Notes: generated by a model from the sequence alone, not told the origin. A DNA stretch of 64,000 nt from an uncultured Clostridia bacterium (GCA_947628825.1 CANRBH010000001.1:28853-92852); one strand, 5' to 3'; counted from the stretch's first letter, positions 30,395 through 42,020 are shown. Numbers and translations are program-made.

Positions 30395-30522
30395 TGTAAA
30401 ATAATTTAGGGAAAATATTTTTCACGATTCTAACATTTAATGGAAAAGAGCAATTTTGAGGGTATAAAATTTTTAATAAATTTCCTTGAAAAAAATTGTC
30501 ACTATCAAATGTTTACATAAAA

Positions 30523-30551
30523 TTGACATTGATTTATTTTTATGCTATAAT
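30523..30551 (+). promoter_or_regulatory. consensus sigma-A promoter (TTGACA-17-TGcTATAAT).
   Basis: Perfect -35 and -10 hexamers with a 17-nt spacer and an extended -10 TG, about 35 nt upstream of the RBS for 30588. Confidence 0.6.
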
Positions 30552-30587
30552 ATACTTGTATATTTTTGTAAAAAGGAGTTTAGTTTT

Positions 30588-32402
30588 ATGGCAGATGAAT
30601 CAAAAATCGTAAAAAGCCCTATAACAGATATTATAAAAAACTCAATTATGGAATATGCTACTAATAGGAAAAGAGAAATACCAAAAGAAGTAAAAGAAAT
30701 TATAGACAGTAATAATTCAAGATGGCGTTATACTGGTTTTGATAATATAACTTGTGAATATTTGTTTGAGAGCAAAGATGGTAAGGAAATAATTAAATAT
30801 AATTATAAAACTAAGGAACTTTTATCTTATAATAGTGAGGAAATGTTCCATAGATTTTTTAATCCGGTTAATAAAGATTGGGAAATATATATTCCACAAA
30901 AAGGAAAACACTATAATATAAAAACAAACAGATGGGAATACTATAATGTTGCAACTGATGAATGGTTAGGAGTAAGACCTAGGGCTGTTATTAAAGATGC
31001 TGAAAATGATGAAAGAAATAATTATATAGTATCTTATGATAAAGAAAGAAACATTTATAAATATAATAGTAAAGAAGTTTCTGCTATTTACATAGTAGAA
31101 GATAAAGTATGGGCTATTCATAATAAAGTAACAAACAGAACAGCTTATATTAGTGCTGTAAATGGAAAAGAGATGACTTTAGATGAAAAAAGTGGAAGAT
31201 TCGATATAAAAGAAGATTCAGATAGTACTTTAGATGAATCATCTAAGCAAGACTCTAAAGTTAATGAGGTTAATGCCAAAGAAAATAGCAAAGTACAGGA
31301 TTCTAAAGCTAGTAATAGTAAGTCAGAAAATAAAACACAAGACTCAAAAGAAGGTACAGAACAAAAAGAAAACGAAAATGATAAAAAAACAAGCAATGAT
31401 AAGAATTTAGCATTAACTCCAACTAAAATATCATTATTCTCAAGAGTAAAAAATTGGTTTAAAGAAAAAATATCTAATTTCAAAAACAATGCAAGCAAAA
31501 ATGAACCACAAAATCAATCTAATGCATTAAACGAAGAAAAAAGAGATGATGAATTAAGTAAATTAATAAACAATATTATAGAAAATAATGAAGTAACCCC
31601 GGATGGAAAGATTATTTATAGAAGTGTAGCAACAAAGAAAAAAATGATAGAAAAAGAAATCAAAAAAATGCAACGTAAACTAAAATTAGCTGAGTTTAAG
31701 AAGGGACTGAGATTTACTGATACAAAAAAATCTATCTCTCTAATAGCTGTTGCTGGATTATTTACTTTAGGTGCAACAGTAAATTTAGTTCGTGAAGGAA
31801 TAAAAGCTAGTCAAAATAGAAATACAACTTCAATAAGTGAAAATGCGGTAGAAAATGATAGTCATAAACAGGCAGAGAGTGATACAGCTAAAGAAAATGA
31901 AAATAGTGACAAAGTAAATAGCAGTCAAAACCATGTAAATACTAACAAAAATGAAGAACAAATAAAAGATACACAAAATGTTGATAAGGCAGTAGATTAT
32001 CAAGAAAAAATATATATGGTTTCAGCAGGTACTACGTATACTTCAAGCTCAAAAGGAGATGGAACAAAAGGGGTATTTATAGAAGATACCTCAGTTGGAG
32101 TTTACAATAGAGCAATTGTAAAGACTAATGAAGATGGAAGCAAAGAAATAGTTTTATCAACCGATGGAAAAACGTGGGAAGAATATTCTAAATATTCAGG
32201 AGTATCAATGGAAGAAATCGAAAAGGCAAAAAATGCTGAAGGAAATATAGAAATGGTAGCAGTTAGTGTACCAAATACTAACTCATTAGAATATGTCTAT
32301 GGTTGGATAGAAAGCAAAGGATTGAAAGAACTGGAAATAACAATAGGTGACAATACTCAGATATTGCAAAATCTTATGGAACACGGAAATGATGAAAGAT
32401 AA
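30588..32402 (+). CDS. hypothetical bitopic membrane protein: cytoplasmic W/Y-repeat N-domain, K/E/S low-complexity linker, one TM helix, extracellular C-domain.
   Basis: Start at the internal Met (MADESK), 8 nt after AAAGGAG; no signal peptide; TM ISLIAVAGLFTLGATVNLV; KGLRFTD motif just before the TM; no recognisable domain. Confidence 0.5.
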   Translation: MADESKIVKSPITDIIKNSIMEYATNRKREIPKEVKEIIDSNNSRWRYTGFDNITCEYLFESKDGKEIIKYNYKTKELLSYNSEEMFHRFFNPVNKDWEIYIPQKGKHYNIKTNRWEYYNVATDEWLGVRPRAVIKDAENDERNNYIVSYDKERNIYKYNSKEVSAIYIVEDKVWAIHNKVTNRTAYISAVNGKEMTLDEKSGRFDIKEDSDSTLDESSKQDSKVNEVNAKENSKVQDSKASNSKSENKTQDSKEGTEQKENENDKKTSNDKNLALTPTKISLFSRVKNWFKEKISNFKNNASKNEPQNQSNALNEEKRDDELSKLINNIIENNEVTPDGKIIYRSVATKKKMIEKEIKKMQRKLKLAEFKKGLRFTDTKKSISLIAVAGLFTLGATVNLVREGIKASQNRNTTSISENAVENDSHKQAESDTAKENENSDKVNSSQNHVNTNKNEEQIKDTQNVDKAVDYQEKIYMVSAGTTYTSSSKGDGTKGVFIEDTSVGVYNRAIVKTNEDGSKEIVLSTDGKTWEEYSKYSGVSMEEIEKAKNAEGNIEMVAVSVPNTNSLEYVYGWIESKGLKELEITIGDNTQILQNLMEHGNDER

Positions 32403-32423
32403 ATAAGAGGGATAAGTTAAAAA

Positions 32424-32463
32424 CTATTACAAACAAAGTGGCACTTTGTTTGTAATAGTTTTT
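32424..32463 (+). terminator. rho-independent terminator.
   Basis: 17-bp stem ctattacaaacaaagtg / cactttgtttgtaatag followed by a T-run. Confidence 0.6.
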
Positions 32464-32697
32464 GTAAAATAGAACATTAAAAAATTAATATTAATACTAT
32501 CTAAAAATATTACATTATGTTTACATTTTGAAAAATTTATTGTAAAAATTCTTATAAAATGATAATATAAAAAAGAATAATAATCTTTTTCGAATAGATA
32601 TTACAAGTAAAAATTTTAACTTATGAAAAATAAACTTGTAATAACTAGAAAATGAAAGGGGAAATGTTAGTTTTAAGACTGACATAAACAAATAGAA

Positions 32698-34821
32698 ATG
32701 GAAGAAAAATTTGAAATAGCATTTGAAGAAGCTATAAAAAATGGTGAAAATGAAGAACTAATAAAAAGAGATAAAGAAGAAATACAAAATGCAATTAATG
32801 AACAGCAAAAAATTTACATAGAATGGCAAAGAATTTCAAGTGATGTTCGTAGAATCTTTAATGCATCTAGTGAAGAAGTAAGAGAATATGCTAATAATAT
32901 ACAAAACTTATTCGATAGATTAAAAATTATAAATGATATAATTGATAAAAATGCTAAAGCATATAGAGTAACTATTGAAAAAGGAGAGTTACCATTTGAT
33001 GAAGAGGCCTTAGAAAGACCACTAGAAGAAACAAATTACTTTTCAGCACAACCTAAAACTATTACTCCAAAAATTCCAGAAGCTGGACAAACACAACCTT
33101 CTGCTCCAGAAAGCCAGGAAGGTGAACAATTACAACCAAAGGCTCCAGAAAAACCAGAAGATAGGCAACCTCAAACCCAAGCTCTAGAAGTTGAACATCC
33201 ACAATCTCAAAGACAAGAAGAACAACCTGAACCTCCTACTATGGAAAATGCAGAAGGAGAAAATAAGGACACTTTAGAAAAATCTGAAATAATAGAAAAC
33301 GAAAATCAAATGAAAATAACAAAAAAAGATTTAGAATTAGCTAAAATAGCCAATGATTTTTATTGTGGTAAAATTGAAGGCCATAAATTAAGCAAAGAAG
33401 ATAGATTATTCTTTGCAAATAATACTCTAGAAGATATAAAAAAGAAGTATGGAGAAAATGTTTTTCCAGAATCAATAGAAGATGAAAAATTATTTGATGA
33501 GTTTATAAAATATCAATCACTAAAAGATGGTTTATATATGACAAAAGAAGACAGAGAATTGATGATGAAAAATAGAGATGCTATTTTTTATAATCAAGAA
33601 ATAGTAGATCCAGAATCTAAAAAATTATATGATAGATTTTTTAAAGACTGTAATGGTGATGAATATCAAATTGCTTTAAGATATACTTCTTTATCAACTA
33701 TGGGTGGAAGAATTGATGATATTTATAAGAAAATAGAAGAAAAATTTAAGGTAAATGATTTAAATAAACCAGATAAACCAGAACCAATTAAACCTGATCC
33801 AACAGAGCTAGATCCAATTAGACCAGAGCCAATTGCTCCAAATACACCAGTAGGGTCAGCAACAGTTACGCCAAATGTACCAGTAGGACCAACACCAGTT
33901 GCTCCAAATACATCAGTAGGACAACAACCAATAGGACCAGCACCTGCTGTTCCAAATCCAGTACAAGCAAATGTAAATCAAACCAAAATACTAAATAATA
34001 AACCTTTACTTGTAAATGTAAAAGTTCTTGGAAAAAAGATGTTGGTAAATGGCAAAGAATATGAATATAATACTAAATATGGAGAAAATATAAATCAAGA
34101 AATCAGCGAAATATTTAGTAATGTTCATAATTCTCCTATGCTTATAAAATTTATTTCTCAAGAAATAAAAGATGATCTTATACAAATGAGTGGTACTTTA
34201 AAAGATAAATATCATGATGCTAAAATACTTGATCCTAATATAGTATATGCGATAGTACAAGCTTGTAAAGACATGATAAATATAACTGGTACAGATGCAG
34301 AAAGAGAAAAAAGCATAGAAATTGCAAATGAATATTTTAAAAAGTTAATGTATCAGTACATGAGATATGCTAGTGGAAATTTTGTAAAAGGTCTAAGATT
34401 TAATGATTTAGTTATTGAATATAATTTAAAAGAAGCAATGAAGCTAGATGAAGAAGATAGAAAGGCAATAGAAGATTGGGCAGTAATTTCAAAAGACTAC
34501 GCAAAGATAGTAGATATCAGCTTTTTACAAAAAATTATAAACAAAATTAAGTCAATATTTAGCAAAAAGAACAAACCACTATTAGGTGAAGGAAAATCAG
34601 ATGATAAAAATAAGCAAGGACAACCTCAGGATAAAGATGGAGCAAAACAGCCAGAAGCTGGACAAGTACAACCAGCAATTCCTGAGCAAGACACACCTTT
34701 TGTACAAAAACTCCCAATAGAGCCACAAAACCAACAAGCACCAACGCAGGCAAGTCCAGAGCCTTCTAGACACATCAATTTACCAAATAGAAATGATGAA
34801 CATGGAAATATGGAACCATAA
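32698..34821 (+). CDS. hypothetical 707-aa protein with Pro/Gln-rich repeat linkers; no signal peptide or TM.
   Basis: PEAGQ.QP and P(E/D)P.(I/V)(A/K)PN repeats; KGLRFND motif shared with the upstream protein; no known domain recognised. Confidence 0.45.
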   Translation: MEEKFEIAFEEAIKNGENEELIKRDKEEIQNAINEQQKIYIEWQRISSDVRRIFNASSEEVREYANNIQNLFDRLKIINDIIDKNAKAYRVTIEKGELPFDEEALERPLEETNYFSAQPKTITPKIPEAGQTQPSAPESQEGEQLQPKAPEKPEDRQPQTQALEVEHPQSQRQEEQPEPPTMENAEGENKDTLEKSEIIENENQMKITKKDLELAKIANDFYCGKIEGHKLSKEDRLFFANNTLEDIKKKYGENVFPESIEDEKLFDEFIKYQSLKDGLYMTKEDRELMMKNRDAIFYNQEIVDPESKKLYDRFFKDCNGDEYQIALRYTSLSTMGGRIDDIYKKIEEKFKVNDLNKPDKPEPIKPDPTELDPIRPEPIAPNTPVGSATVTPNVPVGPTPVAPNTSVGQQPIGPAPAVPNPVQANVNQTKILNNKPLLVNVKVLGKKMLVNGKEYEYNTKYGENINQEISEIFSNVHNSPMLIKFISQEIKDDLIQMSGTLKDKYHDAKILDPNIVYAIVQACKDMINITGTDAEREKSIEIANEYFKKLMYQYMRYASGNFVKGLRFNDLVIEYNLKEAMKLDEEDRKAIEDWAVISKDYAKIVDISFLQKIINKIKSIFSKKNKPLLGEGKSDDKNKQGQPQDKDGAKQPEAGQVQPAIPEQDTPFVQKLPIEPQNQQAPTQASPEPSRHINLPNRNDEHGNMEP

Positions 34822-34864
34822 GAGACTAAAACACCAAAATCCGTAGCAAAAATTGTAAAAACAA

Positions 34865-34893
34865 TTGACATTTGAATTTAAAAATGATAAAAT
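34865..34893 (+). promoter_or_regulatory. sigma-A-type promoter (TTGACA-17-TGaTAAAAT) upstream of rpsL.
   Basis: Consensus -35 and an extended -10. Confidence 0.5.
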
Positions 34894-35025
34894 AATACTG
34901 TTATTTTATAATGAGTTTTTATGCGCTATAAATAACAGTATTTTTATTGTTTTATATAGAAAGTTTCTACGGAAATATCAATAAGACATAGAAATATAAA
35001 ATTAAAAATAGGAGGTGAAATTTAA

Positions 35026-35439
35026 GTGCCAACAATTAATCAATTAGTTAGAAAAGGAAGAAAGACTCCAACAACTAAATCAAAAAGCCCTGCTCTTCAA
35101 CATGGTTTTAATACTATGAAAAATAGACAAACCAATAGAAGATCACCACAAAAAAGAGGCGTTTGTACAGTTGTTAAAACAGTTACACCTAAAAAGCCTA
35201 ACTCAGCATTAAGAAAAGTTGCCAGAGTAAGACTATCAAATGGTTATGAAGTAACATCTTATATTCCTGGTGAAGGACACAACTTACAAGAGCACAGTGT
35301 TGTTCTTATAAGAGGCGGAAGAGTAAAAGACCTTCCTGGTGTTAGATACCATATTATAAGAGGAACTCTTGATACTGCAGGAGTAAAAGACAGAATGCAA
35401 GCAAGATCAAAGTATGGAGCAAAGAAACCTAAAAAATAA
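35026..35439 (+). CDS. rpsL: 30S ribosomal protein S12.
   Basis: [13 protein letters not shown]...[16 protein letters not shown]...[13 protein letters not shown]. Confidence 0.95.
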   Translation: MPTINQLVRKGRKTPTTKSKSPALQHGFNTMKNRQTNRRSPQKRGVCTVVKTVTPKKPNSALRKVARVRLSNGYEVTSYIPGEGHNLQEHSVVLIRGGRVKDLPGVRYHIIRGTLDTAGVKDRMQARSKYGAKKPKK

Positions 35440-35674
35440 GCATTTTATAAAAAGCTACGTCTTACTGCGTTAACCTTCGAATAAAATTTTTTCTATATAC
35501 AAAAAAGTATTATTTCAAAAATTTTATCTTGGTTGCCTTGTAATACTTACTTTTGATAAAAATGATATTAAAATTGATATAGTGCAATATAATTGATAAT
35601 TTAGTTTGTACTTAAATTTGAAATAGATTGCATTATGCGGAAAAGCAATTAAAAAGCTTTTCAGAGTACCTTGA

Positions 35675-36184
<510 letters not shown>

Positions 36185-36283
36185 TAAACTAAATCGTTCC
36201 TCAGCTATCTATGCTTTGAGGATTTGCAAAGCAAATCATTGAAGTACGGATTCTGAGCGAAGCGAAGAAAGGGGAAAAAATAT

Positions 36284-38377
36284 ATGGCCGGAGACGGAAG
36301 AGAGTTTCCTTTAGAGAAAACAAGAAATATAGGAATAATGGCCCACATAGATGCGGGAAAAACTACTACAACAGAGAGAATACTTTTTTATACAGGTAGA
36401 ACCCACAAAATAGGTGAAGTTCATGATGGTGAAGCTACCATGGACTGGATGGTTCAAGAGCAAGAAAGAGGTATTACAATTACATCAGCTGCTACAACTT
36501 GTCAATGGAAAGGCAATAGAATAAACATTATTGATACTCCAGGACACGTTGACTTTACAGTTGAAGTTGAAAGATCTCTTAGAGTTCTTGATGGTGCTGT
36601 ATTAGTATTAGCAGCAAAAGGTGGAGTTCAACCACAATCAGAAACAGTTTGGAGACAAGCAAACAAATATAAAGTTCCAAGAATGGTATATGTAAATAAA
36701 ATGGATATAACAGGTGCAGACTTTTATATTTGTATTGACCAAATGAAAGAAAGATTAAAATGTCATCCTGTTCCAATTCAATTACCAATAGGAAAAGAAG
36801 ATGAATTTAAAGGAATAGTTGACTTACTAACAATGAAAGCATATGTTCATAAAGATGATTTAGGAAAAGACATCGAAGTTGGTGAAATTCCTGAAGATAT
36901 GAAGGCAGATGCTGAAAAATATAGACAAGAGTTAGTAGAAGCAGTTGCTGAACAAGATGATGATTTAATGATGAAATATCTAGAAGGTGAAGAACTTTCA
37001 GAAGATGAAATCAAGTTAGGATTAAGAAAAGGAACAATTAACAACTCATTAGTTCCAATGACTTGTGGTTCATCATATAAAAATAAGGGTGTACAAGAAT
37101 TATTAAATGCAATAGTTGATTTCTTACCATCACCAATTGATATCGAAGATGTTAAAGGTGTTGATATGCAAGGAAACGAAGTAGAAAGAAAGACAAGCGA
37201 TAAAGAGCCTTTCTCTGCATTAGCATTTAAGATTATGACAGACCCATTTGTTGGAAAGTTATGCTTCTTTAGAGTATATTCTGGAACTTGTACAACAGGT
37301 TCAACTATCTTTAATGCTACTAAGGACAAAAAAGATAGAATAGGAAGAATACTTTTGATGCATGCTAACCATAGACAAGATATTGATAAAGTTTATGCTG
37401 GTGATATTGCAGCAGCAGTAGGACTAAAAGAAGTATCAACGGGTGATACTCTATGTGATCCAGATCATCCAGTTATACTAGAATCAATGGAATTCCCAGA
37501 ACCAGTTATAGATATAGCTATTGAGCCTAAAGACAAGGCAAATAGTGAAAAATTAGGAATAGCTTTAGCAAAGCTTGCTGAAGAAGATCCTACATTTAAG
37601 ACATGGACAGACCAAGAATCTGGACAAACAATTATAGCAGGAATGGGAGAATTACACCTAGACATTATCGTTGATAGATTAAAAAGAGAATTTAAGGTAG
37701 AATGTACAGTTGGTAAACCACAAGTTTCTTACAAGGAAACAATAAGAAACAAAGCAAGAGTACAAGGAAAATTTGTACGTCAAAGTGGTGGACATGGACA
37801 ATATGGTGATGTATGGTTTGAAATGGAACCATTAGAGCCAGGTTCAGGAATCCAATTTGAAAACAAAATTGTTGGTGGTGTTGTTCCAAAAGAATACATT
37901 AAACCAGTAGAAGAAGGATTAAGAGAAGCAGCAATGAACGGAATTCTAGCTGGATATCCAGTTATAGATTTCAAAGCAACACTTGTTGATGGATCTTATC
38001 ACGAAGTTGACTCTTCAGAAATGGCCTTCAAGATTGCCGCATCAATGGCATTTAAAGAAGGATGTAGAGTTGCTAAATCTGCTCTATTAGAGCCTATCAT
38101 GAAAGTTGAAATAACAGTTCCAGAAGAATACATGGGAGATGTTATTGGAGATATAAATGCTAGACGTGGTAGAATGGAAGGAATGGAAGCTCAAAGCGGA
38201 AACCAAGTAATAAGAGGATTTATTCCACTTTCAGAAATGTTTGGTTATGCAACAGACTTACGTTCAAAAACTCAAGGAAGAGGAACATACTCAATGGAAC
38301 CATCTCATTATGAAGAAGTTCCAAAATCAATATTAGATCAAATCGTAACATCAAGAGCTAAAAAGAGTGCTGAATAG
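36284..38377 (+). CDS. fusA: elongation factor G.
   Basis: [21 protein letters not shown]-domain and full-length conservation. Confidence 0.95.
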   Translation: MAGDGREFPLEKTRNIGIMAHIDAGKTTTTERILFYTGRTHKIGEVHDGEATMDWMVQEQERGITITSAATTCQWKGNRINIIDTPGHVDFTVEVERSLRVLDGAVLVLAAKGGVQPQSETVWRQANKYKVPRMVYVNKMDITGADFYICIDQMKERLKCHPVPIQLPIGKEDEFKGIVDLLTMKAYVHKDDLGKDIEVGEIPEDMKADAEKYRQELVEAVAEQDDDLMMKYLEGEELSEDEIKLGLRKGTINNSLVPMTCGSSYKNKGVQELLNAIVDFLPSPIDIEDVKGVDMQGNEVERKTSDKEPFSALAFKIMTDPFVGKLCFFRVYSGTCTTGSTIFNATKDKKDRIGRILLMHANHRQDIDKVYAGDIAAAVGLKEVSTGDTLCDPDHPVILESMEFPEPVIDIAIEPKDKANSEKLGIALAKLAEEDPTFKTWTDQESGQTIIAGMGELHLDIIVDRLKREFKVECTVGKPQVSYKETIRNKARVQGKFVRQSGGHGQYGDVWFEMEPLEPGSGIQFENKIVGGVVPKEYIKPVEEGLREAAMNGILAGYPVIDFKATLVDGSYHEVDSSEMAFKIAASMAFKEGCRVAKSALLEPIMKVEITVPEEYMGDVIGDINARRGRMEGMEAQSGNQVIRGFIPLSEMFGYATDLRSKTQGRGTYSMEPSHYEEVPKSILDQIVTSRAKKSAE

Positions 38378-38387
38378 GAGTAGTTAA

Positions 38388-38732
38388 ATGGAAAATAAAG
38401 AGTTAAAAAAATTATTGTATTTTTTACCTAATTTTATATTATTACTATTAAATGGTGTAGCTCTTCCAATTCAAAGATTATATTTGAATTATAAAGTAGA
38501 AAGAGCAACAGAGTTTTCTGTTACTGATTCTCCTATGTTGATAGATCATCACGACTTTGTAGATGATGCACTTAAAATTTGGATAGTTGCTATAATAGGA
38601 ATTGTAGTAATGAGAATTATGCTTAGTGCGAAGAAATGCAATATAAGTAATTGGGGATTAAAAATACTTAATAATTTATTAACTATTATTTTCTCATTCA
38701 CTTTAATTTTTATCTCAATGGTATTTGTATAA
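38388..38732 (+). CDS. hypothetical small polytopic membrane protein inserted between fusA and tuf.
   Basis: AGGAG RBS 9 nt upstream; starts 10 nt after the fusA stop; ~3 predicted TM helices; no homolog recognised. Confidence 0.45.
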   Translation: MENKELKKLLYFLPNFILLLLNGVALPIQRLYLNYKVERATEFSVTDSPMLIDHHDFVDDALKIWIVAIIGIVVMRIMLSAKKCNISNWGLKILNNLLTIIFSFTLIFISMVFV

Positions 38733-38909
38733 AAAATTATTTTGATAAAAATTATGAATGATTGACTAAAATAACTTTAAGACTTGCTTTTTTTAGAAAA
38801 ATGTTATAGAATAAAAATGCTATATCGTGAGCATTAAATAAAAACGATAAAAAATAGTTATTAATGTTTAAAAAATTAATAAATAAAAATTTAAAGGAGG
38901 AATTTAAAA

Positions 38910-40112
38910 ATGGCTAAGGAGAAATTTGTTAGAAGTAAGCCACACGTAAACATTGGTACAATTGGTCACGTAGACCATGGAAAAACAACAACAACAGCAG
39001 CTATTACAAAATGGTTAAGCTTTAGAGGTCAAGCTCAATTTGAAGATTATAGTGCAATAGACAGTGCACCAGAAGAACAAGCAAGAGGAATCACAATCAA
39101 TACAGCACACGTTGAATATGAAACAGACAAGAGACATTATGCACACGTTGACTGTCCAGGACACGCAGACTATGTAAAGAACATGATTACAGGTGCTGCA
39201 CAAATGGATGGAGCAATATTAGTTGTTTCAGCAGCTGATGGTCCAATGCCTCAAACAAGAGAGCACATACTATTAGCAAGACAAGTTGGAGTTAAATATA
39301 TCGTTGTATACTTAAATAAATGCGATATGGTTGATGATCCAGAATTATTAGAATTAGTTGAAATGGAAGTTAGAGACTTATTAACAAGTTATGGTTTCCC
39401 TGGAGACGAAATTCCAATCGTAAAAGGATCTTCATTAAAAGCATTAGAGTCTACATCAAAAGATCCAGATGCTCCGGAATATGCTTGCATAAAAGAACTT
39501 ATGGAAGCAGTTGACAACTATATACCAACACCAGATAGACCAGTTGATCAACCATTCTTAATGCCTATCGAAGACGTTATGACAATTTCAGGAAGAGGAA
39601 CTGTTGTAACAGGTAGAGTAGAAAGAGGAACATTAAAAGTTGGAGACGAAGTTGAAATAGTAGGACTTGCAAAAGAAAGTTCAAAAACAGTTGTTACAGG
39701 TGTTGAAATGTTTAGAAAAACACTTGATTCTGCAGAAGCAGGAGATAACATTGGCGTTCTATTAAGAGGAACACAAAGAAATGAAGTTGAAAGAGGTCAA
39801 GTTCTTGCTCAACCAGGAACAATTCATCCTCATACAAAATTCAAAGCTCAAGTATACGTTCTAACTAAAGAAGAAGGTGGACGTCATACACCATTCTTCA
39901 ATGGATATAGACCACAATTCTACTTTAGAACAACAGACGTTACTGGACTAATTGATTTACCAGATGGAACAGAAATGGTTATGCCAGGTGATAACATCGA
40001 CATGACAATCGAATTAATCACTCCAATCGCTATAGAGAAGGGATTAAGATTCGCTATTCGTGAAGGTGGAAGAACAGTAGGTTCTGGAGTTGTTTCTGAA
40101 ATAATGGAATAA
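38910..40112 (+). CDS. tuf: elongation factor Tu.
   Basis: [17 protein letters not shown] and NKCD motifs; full-length conservation. Confidence 0.95.
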   Translation: MAKEKFVRSKPHVNIGTIGHVDHGKTTTTAAITKWLSFRGQAQFEDYSAIDSAPEEQARGITINTAHVEYETDKRHYAHVDCPGHADYVKNMITGAAQMDGAILVVSAADGPMPQTREHILLARQVGVKYIVVYLNKCDMVDDPELLELVEMEVRDLLTSYGFPGDEIPIVKGSSLKALESTSKDPDAPEYACIKELMEAVDNYIPTPDRPVDQPFLMPIEDVMTISGRGTVVTGRVERGTLKVGDEVEIVGLAKESSKTVVTGVEMFRKTLDSAEAGDNIGVLLRGTQRNEVERGQVLAQPGTIHPHTKFKAQVYVLTKEEGGRHTPFFNGYRPQFYFRTTDVTGLIDLPDGTEMVMPGDNIDMTIELITPIAIEKGLRFAIREGGRTVGSGVVSEIME

Positions 40113-40239
40113 TACTTCATTAGAAATAATGATAAAAATATAAAATAGTAGGGGCACTTTAAATATGGTAAACCTACTATTTTTATTTTAAAAAGTATAT
40201 TTTAAATATAGAAAAATAAAATTTACTTTACGTAAAATA

Positions 40240-40267
40240 GTTGACAATATATCTTATTATGATAAAA
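40240..40267 (+). promoter_or_regulatory. sigma-A-type promoter (TTGACA-16-TGaTAAAAT). A second TTGTAA-17-TGaTATAAT element lies ~50 nt downstream.
   Basis: Consensus hexamers with extended -10s upstream of the small-ORF/PIN pair (approximate coordinates). Confidence 0.45.
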
Positions 40268-40419
40268 TAGTATTTAACAATACAAAAATATTGTAATTTA
40301 CATAAAACTGTGATATAATTATTTAAGTATTATTTTATATTTAAATGGAATAATATAAATTAGGTGATTATATGAAAAAAATCAGAGGAATAAAAAAATT
40401 TAATGAGAGGAAGGTCTAT

Positions 40420-40596
40420 ATGGAAAAAATAAAAATAGAACCAAGTACACAAGATTTATTTGATATGCTATTAGAAAAAAGTAGTAATGACTGGAATGAG
40501 TTATGCACAAGTTGTACAACTCTTATTAAAGAGGCAAAAATGAGCAACGAAGATATAGATGAAATAGTAGAAAGAGTAAAGAGGCAGAATGGATAA
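40420..40596 (+). CDS. small acidic protein, candidate antitoxin partner of the downstream PIN protein.
   Basis: RBS GAGAGGAAGG 7 nt upstream of the internal Met (MEKIKIEP); 58 aa; 8-nt overlap (ATGGATAA) with the PIN ORF. Confidence 0.4.
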   Translation: MEKIKIEPSTQDLFDMLLEKSSNDWNELCTSCTTLIKEAKMSNEDIDEIVERVKRQNG

Positions 40597-41059
40597 TATA
40601 AAGGTAGTTGTTGATACAAATATATTTATAAACGGAATTTTTAAGCAAGATCAATTTGCACAGGCTTTATTTCAATTAAAAAGTACAAACAAAATATGTT
40701 TTGTTATGAATAAGGAAATGCAAAATGAATTATTGATAACATTTTGTACAATATTACTAGAAGCATATAAAAGAAGAGCTAAAAAAGGAGAAGAAGTAGG
40801 AATAATCCCATTAAGTGCTTCATTGTCAAAATGTTTATGGCAAGTTAGAGAAGTAGATCACATTATACATACAGATTTTTGTAAAGCAGATAAATCAGAT
40901 AATAAATTTATAGATTGTTGTATAGATGATGATGTAAAATATCTAATCACTCAAGACCAACATATAAATGAAATAGCTAGAACATTAAAAAAGAGTTATA
41001 ATATAGATGTCTTAAGTCCATTTCAATTTTATACAAAATATAAAGCAAAGACATTATAA
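40589..41059 (+). CDS. PIN-domain protein (VapC-like putative RNase toxin).
   Basis: N-terminal IKVVVDTNIFINGIF with the first acidic residue, QNELL (second), and IDCCIDDD...LITQD (third and fourth acidic positions); 156 aa. Confidence 0.55.
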   Translation: MDNIKVVVDTNIFINGIFKQDQFAQALFQLKSTNKICFVMNKEMQNELLITFCTILLEAYKRRAKKGEEVGIIPLSASLSKCLWQVREVDHIIHTDFCKADKSDNKFIDCCIDDDVKYLITQDQHINEIARTLKKSYNIDVLSPFQFYTKYKAKTL

Positions 41060-41159
41060 AATAAGGAACCATAAAAGGTTCTTTTTTAATTTAAATTTTT
41101 AATAAAATCCATTGAATATTTAAAACTATGAATATATAATAATATGTAAGGAGTAGTTT

Positions 41160-42020
41160 ATGACAGCAAAAGATTTTAGAGAAAAAGCAAGAAAAGCCTT
41201 AAAAGGAAAATGGCAAATTGCCATATTAACTGCCTTAGTATATACAGTTTTAATAAGTTTAGTACAGATTATTGTTAACTATTCAGAAAAGACAATTTTT
41301 TTAGGAATAGTATCAGTGGATTTAAATATTACATTTTGGGTGCTATTACCAGCACTTTCTAGAGGATTAAATGTTGTATTTTACAAATTAAAACATGGAG
41401 AAGAAGTAAAAGTTTTTGACTTTTTAAAATATGGTTTAAGTAATTTTAAGAGATTTTGGAGAATGACAGGAAATACTCTTTTAAAACTTATTTGGTATAT
41501 AGCAGCACTAGTTGTATTATATGTTTTATTAATTTTAGTAGGAGGAACCGCTATTCTTTCATTAGGAGTTGCTTTTCTTGAAACAGGTAAAATATCAAAT
41601 GCAGCTGCTATAGGAGGAATAGGTTCAATAATAGCAATAGTTTTCATTGCTATAGCAATGTTTGTTGTTTATATTTTAATGGCAATCAAAAACTTATATT
41701 ATATATTAACAACTTATATTTCATTAGAAAATCCAAACCTTACAACTAAAGAAGTTGTAAATAGAAGTGAAGAACTAATGAAAGGAAATAGAGGAAAGTA
41801 TTTTGGCTTGATAATGTCATTCTTTGGATGGTACATTTTAGCTGCATTACTAGGAGGAATAGTAACTTCAATATTCAATGGTATAGGCTTATCATTCTTA
41901 AAAATAATAACGTCCTCAATAGGATTTGTGATTTTGTTACCATATTTAAAAATGTCAACTATAACATTTTACGAACATTTAACTGAAAAGAAAAAAATAA
42001 ATAAAAAGACTAATAAATAA
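41160..42020 (+). CDS. integral membrane protein, DUF975-like.
   Basis: MTAKDFREKARKALKGKWQIAILTALVYTVLISL N-terminus and ~6 TM helices resemble the DUF975 family (from memory). Confidence 0.45.
   Translation: MTAKDFREKARKALKGKWQIAILTALVYTVLISLVQIIVNYSEKTIFLGIVSVDLNITFWVLLPALSRGLNVVFYKLKHGEEVKVFDFLKYGLSNFKRFWRMTGNTLLKLIWYIAALVVLYVLLILVGGTAILSLGVAFLETGKISNAAAIGGIGSIIAIVFIAIAMFVVYILMAIKNLYYILTTYISLENPNLTTKEVVNRSEELMKGNRGKYFGLIMSFFGWYILAALLGGIVTSIFNGIGLSFLKIITSSIGFVILLPYLKMSTITFYEHLTEKKKINKKTNK

Noticed and set aside
36228-36270. Shared 9-mer AGCGAAGCG between the GC-rich rpsG-fusA spacer and the reverse complement of the GC-rich element at 45220-45296.
   Set aside because: It is only 9 nt, in opposite orientation, with no flanking similarity. 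It is most likely coincidence between two GC-rich stretches.
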